Of a stretch of DNA of 10,115 nt, positions 1 to 5,982 are shown piece after piece (within the stretch, counting starts at the first letter, position 1; every line of letters starts with the position of its first letter). This DNA comes from a virus. Taxonomy: Duplodnaviria; Heunggongvirae; Uroviricota; Caudoviricetes. The stretch covers positions 1 to 10,115 of IMG/VR virus record IMGVR_UViG_3300046779_001955, one strand, 5' to 3'. Below the pieces are notes generated by a model. It was given only the letters and a program-made list of their open reading frames with translations. It had not been told where the DNA came from and did not search any database. The position numbers and the translations under genes were made by a program.

Positions 1-116
1 TGTTCTACCAGCAGCATGGTGCGCTGTTCGTAGGTCAAAGCCGCATGCCAAGCCTTGTTGAGCTCAGGGTCAGCCTGTATGGCTTTGAACGCACGAGTTT
101 TGATTGTTTCTGGCAT
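1..116 (-). CDS. Hypothetical protein, N-terminal part only (MPETIKTRAFKAIQADPELNKAWHAALTYEQRTMLLVE...), runs off the left edge
   Basis: ATG at 116 preceded by AAGGTG SD-like sequence and promoter P1; frame open to position 1. Not in the ORF track because it is truncated. Confidence 0.8.
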   Translation of the reverse strand, partial: MPETIKTRAFKAIQADPELNKAWHAALTYEQRTMLLVE

Positions 117-133
117 TGTTTGCACCTTGCTGT

Positions 134-175
134 TTACTATACCCATATTATAGCAAACGGGGTATTTTTGGTCAA
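134..175 (-). repeat. Promoter-cassette repeat copy 1 (42 bp core)
   Basis: 39/42 identical to 2360-2401 and 38/42 identical to 929-970. Confidence 0.9.
147..175 (-). promoter_or_regulatory. Sigma70-type promoter P1
   Basis: Minus strand TTGACC-17 nt-TATAAT with extended -10 TGn (TTTGC TATAAT). Confidence 0.9.
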
Positions 176-516
176 GCCGCTTTTAATTTCTTAGCCAGCA
201 ACTTTGGTGTCATACCTTTGGCAACCATCATCCAGCCCATTGTGTCTGCTAGATCAACTTCTACAATTTCAAACTCAATGCCAAGATTCTTCATTACTTT
301 GTTGACAGATTGTAAAGCATTGACAATGCCGGCTTCACAGGCTTGGTATTCGCTTTGAGTCGCATCAATAAATTCTTCATCGAACAATATACCTTCTACT
401 GCTGATTGAAAACCATAAGCCCCGTCAAGTATCAACGATTTGTTAATTTTTTTTATTTTTGCGTCTGGCAACTCTTGGCATACAGCTTCTAAATCAAACG
501 TTTTTAATGGCTTCAT
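172..516 (-). CDS. Hypothetical protein (114 aa)
   Basis: ATG with AAGGAG 8 nt upstream, directly behind P2; TGA stop lies inside the -35 box of P1. Confidence 0.85.
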   Translation of the reverse strand: MKPLKTFDLEAVCQELPDAKIKKINKSLILDGAYGFQSAVEGILFDEEFIDATQSEYQACEAGIVNALQSVNKVMKNLGIEFEIVEVDLADTMGWMMVAKGMTPKLLAKKLKAA

Positions 517-523
517 TTGTTTG

Positions 524-580
524 GCTCCTTATTAGTTACTATACCAATATTATAGCAAATGGAGAATTTTTGGTCTACCA
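524..580 (-). repeat. Promoter+RBS cassette repeat copy 2 (57 bp)
   Basis: 56/57 identical to 917-973. Confidence 0.95.
549..577 (-). promoter_or_regulatory. Sigma70-type promoter P2
   Basis: TAGACC-17 nt-TATAAT with extended -10 TGn, followed by leader and AAGGAG. Confidence 0.85.
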
Positions 581-910
581 TTATTTTTTTGGGATACGGT
601 AGGAAATTCCCTGTGGTGTTGCAACTTTAGCAATACCTTGGGATTCGTAATCTGCTTCCAGTAAGCGAAGACTTGTTAGATCTTTAACACGAGGACTATC
701 TATTTTAATTGAAATGAACTTTTCGCGGGGATTAATGTAAAAACTCTTAGAAGAATAGCAAAGTTCTAGTGCCAGTTTCATACGCTCTGCTCTGGTTCGT
801 TCGGCATTGGTGTAATGGCTCCACATAGCCGCTGCCCGCATACGAGCGTCACGTGCAGCAGCATAGGCATAGTAACCAGCAGATCGAAACTCTAGTTCTT
901 TTTCCTTCAT
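581..910 (-). CDS. Hypothetical protein (109 aa)
   Basis: ATG with AAGGAG 7 nt upstream, behind P3. Confidence 0.85.
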   Translation of the reverse strand: MKEKELEFRSAGYYAYAAARDARMRAAAMWSHYTNAERTRAERMKLALELCYSSKSFYINPREKFISIKIDSPRVKDLTSLRLLEADYESQGIAKVATPQGISYRIPKK

Positions 911-916
911 TTTGCC

Positions 917-973
917 GCTCCTTATTAGTTACTATACCCATATTATAGCAAATGGAGAATTTTTGGTCTACCA
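917..973 (-). repeat. Promoter+RBS cassette repeat copy 3 (57 bp)
   Basis: 56/57 identical to 524-580. Confidence 0.95.
942..970 (-). promoter_or_regulatory. Sigma70-type promoter P3
   Basis: TAGACC-17 nt-TATAAT with extended -10 TGn. Confidence 0.85.
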
Positions 974-982
974 ATTTCTGAT

Positions 983-1005
983 GTTGCAAAAAAGCAACTG
1001 TTGCT
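983..1005. promoter_or_regulatory. GTTGC-N6-GCAAC inverted repeat plus third GTTGC unit (operator or weak terminator)
   Basis: gttgc aaaaaa gcaac t gttgct. On the minus strand AGCAA-CAG-TTGCT is followed by TTTTT right after the 1008 stop. Confidence 0.4.
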
Positions 1006-1007
1006 GA

Positions 1008-1406
1008 TTAAACAACCATGCCAAGCTTGCGCAGTTCAACAACGAATGTTGGTCTTATATCTGGATTGACTTCAAGAATTTCGCTGCCACCGTTTTCTAG
1101 CCTGTCGGCAATGTCCTTGGCATCTCGGAGTCCGAGATTTCTTCGATCATAAGTGCGTATGCATCTGATCAGAGCAACTTTGCCGGGTACAGGTCCTAGA
1201 TAAGGATTCTTGACTGTGAATTTGTCCAGCCGATAGTTGCCTGTGAGCATGGCCATGAACACTGCACCCTTGAGCTCAGGATCTATAGTTGCAGCAATTG
1301 TAGACCATAGTTCCTGCCCTTTTTCGGCACCGTAGATGTCGGCTACAGTTTGCATGAAAACAATACTGGCATCGACGAGTGCATGGCGATGTTGTTCAGG
1401 TATCAT
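1008..1406 (-). CDS. Protein with C-terminal ribosomal bL12 (L7/L12) CTD-like domain (132 aa)
   Basis: KVALIRCIRTYDRRNLGLRDAKDIAD...ELRKLGMVV aligns by eye with E. coli L7/L12 CTD [24 protein letters not shown]...ALEEAGAEV; TAATG coupling to the upstream gene. Confidence 0.7.
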   Translation of the reverse strand: MIPEQHRHALVDASIVFMQTVADIYGAEKGQELWSTIAATIDPELKGAVFMAMLTGNYRLDKFTVKNPYLGPVPGKVALIRCIRTYDRRNLGLRDAKDIADRLENGGSEILEVNPDIRPTFVVELRKLGMVV

Positions 1407-1822
1407 TAGAAATTTAGATTAAATTTGCCGTTGGAAATTTCCAGCAACATTGAATAACGACATCTGCGGTGCCAGTCAATAGCCGGCAATCTATGATCAT
1501 ACAAATCAACCAAATGCTCTTTTTCTATCTTCGTCTTTAGACTTTTTACACGCCAGCGCCCGCCTACTCGATAAAAATTGTAAGCTCCTGAAGCCATTTT
1601 AAGTTTAAAACGATTGTCAAGATCACGTGGTTGATCTTGGCCAATTGGCAGACAGTTAAAGCTCTGAACGATCATCATGTTAGAAGTTCGGCTTTTTCTA
1701 TCAGCGTCACGCTTCATTTTGGCACCAATGGCCATGATGTCAGCACCACTCAAGCCCATTAACTGTGCATAGTTAATAAACTGTTCGACCTGCGGCATCT
1801 TGTCTGCACTAAATCGTTTCAT
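1406..1822 (-). CDS. Hypothetical protein (138 aa)
   Basis: ORF coupled at both ends (ATGA with 1819-1944, TAATG with 1008-1406); no SD of its own. Confidence 0.8.
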   Translation of the reverse strand: MKRFSADKMPQVEQFINYAQLMGLSGADIMAIGAKMKRDADRKSRTSNMMIVQSFNCLPIGQDQPRDLDNRFKLKMASGAYNFYRVGGRWRVKSLKTKIEKEHLVDLYDHRLPAIDWHRRCRYSMLLEISNGKFNLNF

Positions 1823-1944
1823 ACAAAAATTTTATAAAGAAAACTACCAATCAGACACCCCAGCAAACCCGGGAATCCCCAGATCCGCCAGAGTATCAAG
1901 GACATGATAGCTTGAAATAATAACCAAGTTTCAGTTACTATCAT
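1819..1944 (-). CDS. Small hydrophobic membrane protein, 41 aa (MIVTETWLLFQAIMSLILWRIWGFPGLLGCLIGSFLYKIFV)
   Basis: Fills the apparent gap exactly: TAATG overlap with the upstream stop (1944-1946) and ATGA overlap with the downstream start (1822). Below the ORF-track length cut-off. Confidence 0.7.
   Translation of the reverse strand: MIVTETWLLFQAIMSLILWRIWGFPGLLGCLIGSFLYKIFV
1841..1913 (-). other. Long RNA stem-loop (20-bp upper helix 1854-1897, GAUU loop, internal loop, 9-bp lower helix)
   Basis: GAUACUCUGGCGGAUCUGGG-GAUU-CCCGGGUUUGCUGGGGUGUC pairs at all 20 positions (12 Watson-Crick, 8 G-U); AAGCUAUCA (1913-1905) pairs with UGGUAGUUU (1849-1841). Confidence 0.65.
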
Positions 1945-2342
1945 TATGCTGCTTTTTTGGGATAAAAGCGATCACCGACCTTGGCTTCTTTTTGTGCAAA
2001 CCACAAACGCACAAACTCCTCAGGATCTTGTCCTTTGCGTGGTGCGTCACCAACACGACGAGTCTTGGCCACCGGGGTAGCAATTTTTGCAGTCTTTGCA
2101 ACCTTTGTGGATTTGGCAGGTTTAGCAAGTGCCGCAGCACGACGCCAACTGGCAGTAATGCCTTGAGCAGTAAGATAATCAATAGCAGCTTCTTTACCCA
2201 TTGCCATGGGCAACTCAATCATATTAATGTCTGTTGCGCCAAGTTTGGCAAGCACCGCAGCACGACCTGCGTCATTTGCAAATTTGTAAACAGTTGCACC
2301 ATCAACAACACAGGTACCAGCAAAAGTAAAAGTTTTAGACAT
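1944..2342 (-). CDS. Hypothetical protein with Ala/Lys-rich basic linker (132 aa)
   Basis: Start moved from 2372 to ATG 2342, because 2372 lies at the -10/+1 of P4 whereas AAGGAG sits 6 nt before 2342. Confidence 0.85.
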   Translation of the reverse strand: MSKTFTFAGTCVVDGATVYKFANDAGRAAVLAKLGATDINMIELPMAMGKEAAIDYLTAQGITASWRRAAALAKPAKSTKVAKTAKIATPVAKTRRVGDAPRKGQDPEEFVRLWFAQKEAKVGDRFYPKKAA

Positions 2343-2348
2343 CTTTGA

Positions 2349-2401
2349 CTCCTTGTTAGTTACAATACCCATATTATAGCAAACGGGGTTTTATTGGTCA
2401 A
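2349..2401 (-). repeat. Promoter+RBS cassette repeat copy 4
   Basis: Core 2360-2401 is 39/42 identical to 134-175; the leader/SD part resembles copies 2 and 3. Confidence 0.9.
2373..2401 (-). promoter_or_regulatory. Sigma70-type promoter P4
   Basis: TTGACC-17 nt-TATAAT with extended -10 TGn. Confidence 0.9.
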
Positions 2402-2422
2402 CCCATTTTGCAGTGTTGCTTA

Positions 2423-2632
2423 TTAAGCAACTTTTCCTTCGTAACGTGCAACTACATACCAGTCTGGTGCAGAAGCCTTGTTGTTATTTTTGTAATTATA
2501 GTCTCGAGCGTACTGTTCAGCTTCGGTTTCATTGTCAAAGTACTTGGTATCAAAATGGCGTTGTCCCCAACCACGCTCGTACTCTGTTAATACAACTTTG
2601 TAAACATTTTGGGTAAATTTAACTTCGGGCAT
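2423..2632 (-). CDS. Hypothetical protein (69 aa, MPEVKFTQNVYKVVLTEYERGWGQR...)
   Basis: ATG 2632 has AAGGAG 6 nt upstream; preferred over the TTG at 2659. Confidence 0.85.
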   Translation of the reverse strand: MPEVKFTQNVYKVVLTEYERGWGQRHFDTKYFDNETEAEQYARDYNYKNNNKASAPDWYVVARYEGKVA

Positions 2633-2633
2633 G

Positions 2634-2699
2634 TTATTCTCCTTTGGGGCGAGAAACAATCCAAATAATAATTGCTAAAACAATAACAAACCAAAACAT
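2634..2699 (-). CDS. Single-pass membrane micropeptide, 21 aa (MFWFVIVLAIIIWIVSRPKGE)
   Basis: Perfect AGGAGG 5 nt before the ATG, first ORF behind P5, stop 1 nt before the next ATG. Confidence 0.75.
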   Translation of the reverse strand: MFWFVIVLAIIIWIVSRPKGE

Positions 2700-2728
2700 T
2701 TCAACCTCCTATCAATCACTACAATTAC

Positions 2729-2757
2729 AGTATAAGCGATTGAGAATAATTGGTCAA
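2729..2757 (-). promoter_or_regulatory. Sigma70-type promoter P5
   Basis: TTGACC-17 nt-TATACT; shares the TTGACCAA start of the cassette but is otherwise diverged. Confidence 0.8.
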
Positions 2758-2770
2758 TGTTGCTTTTTTA

Positions 2771-3100
2771 TTAAGAATAGTCAAATTGCGTAAGATCGTA
2801 ATTTTCCCAACGTTCCCGATCTAGGAGATAGGCAGTTAGTGCAGCATCACGTAGATAAAGATAACAATAATTTTGATCATCAATCCAAAATCCCCAAGGT
2901 GTGGATTCACAGTGTGCATTGATACGGCTAAGTCTTTTGTCAAAACCAGGTCCAAACTTTTCAGTAAAGTATTTGAACATTTCGTAGTATAATCTTTGCT
3001 GAGTGTATGTTGCTGCATACCATGTTTCGATTCGATGACTAAATTCATAGTGCAGTGCATGTTTAGCAGTGAGTTTTACTAGTCTAAGATTGGGTTTCAT
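2771..3100 (-). CDS. Hypothetical protein (109 aa), aromatic-rich
   Basis: ATGA overlap with the 193-aa gene; third gene of the P6 unit. Confidence 0.8.
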   Translation of the reverse strand: MKPNLRLVKLTAKHALHYEFSHRIETWYAATYTQQRLYYEMFKYFTEKFGPGFDKRLSRINAHCESTPWGFWIDDQNYCYLYLRDAALTAYLLDRERWENYDLTQFDYS

Positions 3101-3678
3101 ATATTAAAATAATCTAGATGTGTTTGAAAATTCCAGGTAGCAACATCAACTGGATCCTTGCGAAGAGTGATAAAATTAATATGAGACAAGCACTGATATC
3201 TGCGCCAGAACCAGTGAGGATCTGGGGTTGTTGATGTCAACTTGTTTTGATTTAATATTGCGTTATCCTCATTTTTAATTAAGCACATAGGGGCATGCAA
3301 TGCTGCCATGACCGGGATACGCTGTTGTATTACTCCAGCCACTAGGTAACGTACTGGTATCACATGTTCAATGGTAAGTCCGTGTCCGGTCTTTTCAAGC
3401 ACAGTGAACGGAATACTGGCATCACGATAGTGCAGTTGTAGTCTATACTCGTAAGTGTATTCTTGAAACCTGCGTATGGCCTGTTCTATGTCGTCACGTA
3501 TGAGTCTAGCGGACTGATCTAGAATTTCAATTTTATCGTAGTCATCAAGGCAGCGTTGTATTTTGTTCAAGGCCCAATTTTCTGTTGCCTTATAGGCCGC
3601 GCCATCTCTTCCCACTCTGCCATAGTGGGGGGCCACTAGCCCCCCAACTAGATCTTCATTTAGTTGAATTGTTGACAT
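3097..3678 (-). CDS. Putative HNH/His-Me finger-like nuclease (193 aa; DUF1524/GmrD-like motif pattern)
   Basis: LTIEHVIP (E104-H105) followed by MCLIKNEDNAILN and a PxxxWxxRY-like tail; TAATG coupling to the upstream gene. CDS is secure; function is motif-based. Confidence 0.55.
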   Translation of the reverse strand: MSTIQLNEDLVGGLVAPHYGRVGRDGAAYKATENWALNKIQRCLDDYDKIEILDQSARLIRDDIEQAIRRFQEYTYEYRLQLHYRDASIPFTVLEKTGHGLTIEHVIPVRYLVAGVIQQRIPVMAALHAPMCLIKNEDNAILNQNKLTSTTPDPHWFWRRYQCLSHINFITLRKDPVDVATWNFQTHLDYFNI

Positions 3679-4892
3679 TAGAACAAGTCCTCAACAGCAG
3701 GTCTGAAACGAGTGTCAATGCTCAATCGCGGCATACGCATAGGTTTGCCTGATGCGTCTTGCCAACGATATTTGAGTTGGAACCAGAAAAATGTAGCGCC
3801 TTGTGGAACATCTTTGTTGAGACGAATATTTGGTTTCTCGTTTTCGTCCCAGTTGGCATGATAATCGTTGTGCCAGTTTGTGTAAGCTACACCAACCTGT
3901 GACCAAAATGCGCCGCTTTCATCAAAGTCGCCGCGAAATAGTTGCCAGTTTAGATCTGCAAGGCTCCTTATTTCCTCTTCGGTATATTCTATGCCACTGG
4001 AACGTGCCATAGTAAAGAACTTTTGCAGTATGGGAAATTCCTTGGTGTTGACTGCTCGCGGTTGATACGTAAGAATCTGATCTACGTAGATACAGATATC
4101 TTTGAGTACGTCTTTGGGTGTTTTAAACACATCCTTGACACGAGTAAAAGCACCAGGTTGTGTATGATCACCAAACTTACTGTCGGTAAAAAACAGTTGA
4201 TATTCATCAAACAGATCTTGTTTTTCAGCAACATCTTTCCACTCTTGCAGTTCCACACCGTCAAGTTTTACGGCATAAACCATTTGTGAAGTCAAATCGT
4301 AACCATCCATTCCCAGTTTGTTTAAAGGACCGTTGTTAGCAATGAATGTCATGCGCCCATCGCTTCGATTGGGCATGTTATAACGCACTGTGGGAAACTT
4401 TACCTTGTCCATATCTTCTTTGAAGATCATGTGAGTAATAATCCACAATGCTATAGCAGTGTGTTGACCATCCCAACTAGCATAATAGGTATGGCTTTGA
4501 TCCCAATGCTCAGGCACATCAACAGGATTCAACGGATATACCTGAATTGGCATCACCTGATAGATCAGAAAATTTTCAATGATGTTTAGTACGTGGTCTA
4601 TATTCAACACTCGTTGAATGGTGGTATCCAAGCACAACCAGGAACCAGGCAAGGGCACTGCCTCGCAAATGGTCCAGTTTGGCGAGAACCAGCTGGTATA
4701 TTCCGGATGAAGTTTTTGGAATCGACTGATGACATAATTCAGTCGAGAATTAACGCTGTTTCTTACATCAATGGGCAAACTTGCCAAGGATTGATTCCAA
4801 CGGTCTTTGAGAGTGACCATGTTGGACTTGTTGACTTTGTAACGCTGATTTACTGCGTCGGCGTAGATACGAGGTGTGGTTGCTTTTGTCAT
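3678..4892 (-). CDS. ParB/Srx-superfamily DGQHR-like domain protein (404 aa; DndB/DUF262-type motifs)
   Basis: IQR (Q93-R94), WDGQHT (D141-T145) and FIANN (F183-N187) in the canonical order. Start at ATG 4892 with GGAG 6 nt upstream; the 4967 start lies at the predicted +1. Confidence 0.7.
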   Translation of the reverse strand: MTKATTPRIYADAVNQRYKVNKSNMVTLKDRWNQSLASLPIDVRNSVNSRLNYVISRFQKLHPEYTSWFSPNWTICEAVPLPGSWLCLDTTIQRVLNIDHVLNIIENFLIYQVMPIQVYPLNPVDVPEHWDQSHTYYASWDGQHTAIALWIITHMIFKEDMDKVKFPTVRYNMPNRSDGRMTFIANNGPLNKLGMDGYDLTSQMVYAVKLDGVELQEWKDVAEKQDLFDEYQLFFTDSKFGDHTQPGAFTRVKDVFKTPKDVLKDICIYVDQILTYQPRAVNTKEFPILQKFFTMARSSGIEYTEEEIRSLADLNWQLFRGDFDESGAFWSQVGVAYTNWHNDYHANWDENEKPNIRLNKDVPQGATFFWFQLKYRWQDASGKPMRMPRLSIDTRFRPAVEDLF

Positions 4893-4949
4893 ACTAATCT
4901 CCAAATTGTACGTGGTAGCGTTTAAAATACGGTACCGCCGGGTTAAAAT

Positions 4950-4968
4950 AGTGACTCCCATAGTCACT
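4950..4968. promoter_or_regulatory. Inverted repeat AGTGACT-N5-AGTCACT at the predicted transcription start of P6 (operator or 5' stabilising hairpin)
   Basis: Perfect 7-bp arms (4950-4956 / 4962-4968), starting 7 nt downstream of the -10 hexamer. Confidence 0.5.
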
Positions 4969-4974
4969 GGTGCT

Positions 4975-5003
4975 ACTATAAATTAATGTTTTGATTTTGT
5001 CAA
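4975..5003 (-). promoter_or_regulatory. Sigma70-type promoter P6
   Basis: TTGACA-17 nt-TATAGT, embedded in the 3' end of 4983-5249. Confidence 0.8.
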
Positions 5004-5249
5004 CTGGTAATTTTTCCATTTCTGTTGCTGGATCAACAACATTTGTTGATGCTGCGCTGGATGTGTCCGCCAGTACAAACGGTATAACCGACTGGATCCA
5101 CCACGACGCCAGGAAATTTTATGTCCAAGATTGCACCAGCGTCGAAATCTAAAACGCCGCTGATCTGGATCATCGCAAAAGCCCGGGCATGGCGAGTAAT
5201 CTTGCTTTTTATCTCGCCACTGTCGCCAGAAAAACTTTTTAGCCCACAT
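4983..5249 (-). CDS. Hypothetical protein (88 aa, Trp/Arg-rich)
   Basis: Fills the gap on the coding strand and overlaps the methyltransferase stop by 11 nt; no strong SD. Confidence 0.6.
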   Translation of the reverse strand: MWAKKFFWRQWRDKKQDYSPCPGFCDDPDQRRFRFRRWCNLGHKISWRRGGSSRLYRLYWRTHPAQHQQMLLIQQQKWKNYQLTKSKH

Positions 5250-5982
5250 AGGTTACTCTCACTGCTACCTGTTGGTGTCTACTTACACGACCAATATATT
5301 CATATTGTACATTGTAGTTTTTGGTAAAATCATGCCATGCTGCAAATTCATCTTGCTGCCAACCTGGATAGTTCATGTATTCATCAAATATAATTACAGT
5401 GCCTGGTACAATGTTTTTGTGTAATTCTCTCAATACTGTGTCAGTGCTAGAGTATAAGTCGCAGTCAATGTGCAACAACATGATTGGTGCATCAGCATAT
5501 CTAAGTTTCCAATTTTTAACAGTTTCGTCAAACCAACCAACATAGAGTAGACAATTATCTGCTACTTTAGGCAAGCTCTGACGTTTAAAAAACCCTTTGG
5601 GCATACGGCTTGTCCAATCTTCTGGTAAGCCATTAAAACTATCAAAACCATGTATAGGCTTAGTTGGCAATAATCGTGCAAAATGATTTAGTGTGCGGCC
5701 TGTAGCAACACCGAACTCCATGACCACTGCATGATGCGCCATTTCACGTGCAAGTTGAGTATTGACTACCCACTCATGCAAATCATAGTCGCATGCAAAG
5801 TTTGGTACAGTACGCATATGTTGGTCAACATACCTAGCTGACTCTTCGGACGCTAGACGTATAGCAGTGAAGTCGGTGTCAATGACATCTGTGTATTGTC
5901 CGACAAGATGTCGTTGTAGCCATGAAGGCTGCGGATACCGCCACCATTGTCGGATGCGGTCAAGTGTTCGATGTAGATTCAT
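5239..5982 (-). CDS. Class I SAM-dependent methyltransferase, TylF/MycF/NovP-like (247 aa)
   Basis: MEFGVATGRT, GFDSFNGLPEDW, VGWFDET, LHIDCDLYSST and IIFDEY motifs typical of TylF-type O-methyltransferases. Confidence 0.85.
   Translation of the reverse strand: MNLHRTLDRIRQWWRYPQPSWLQRHLVGQYTDVIDTDFTAIRLASEESARYVDQHMRTVPNFACDYDLHEWVVNTQLAREMAHHAVVMEFGVATGRTLNHFARLLPTKPIHGFDSFNGLPEDWTSRMPKGFFKRQSLPKVADNCLLYVGWFDETVKNWKLRYADAPIMLLHIDCDLYSSTDTVLRELHKNIVPGTVIIFDEYMNYPGWQQDEFAAWHDFTKNYNVQYEYIGRVSRHQQVAVRVTYVG

Noticed and set aside
1935-1946. Four tandem stop codons TAA TGA TAG TAA after the 132-aa gene
   Set aside because: Explained by the overlapping frame ATG ATA GTA ACT, the start of the 41-aa ORF.
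1931-2218. Alternative minus-strand 95-aa ORF and plus-strand ORFs 1981-2166 and 1992-2348
   Set aside because: Frame shadows of the 1944-2342 gene; no promoter or SD support.
134-2401. Direct repeats read as a CRISPR array or integron attC sites
   Set aside because: Copies are 42-57 bp, separated by gene-sized irregular intervals, lack attC core symmetry, and are fully explained as promoter+RBS.
4893-4967. 25-aa N-terminal extension of the DGQH protein
   Set aside because: Its start coincides with the predicted +1 and has no SD; ATG 4892 has GGAG. Similar over-extended starts at 2372, 2659, 7086 and 8364 were also trimmed.
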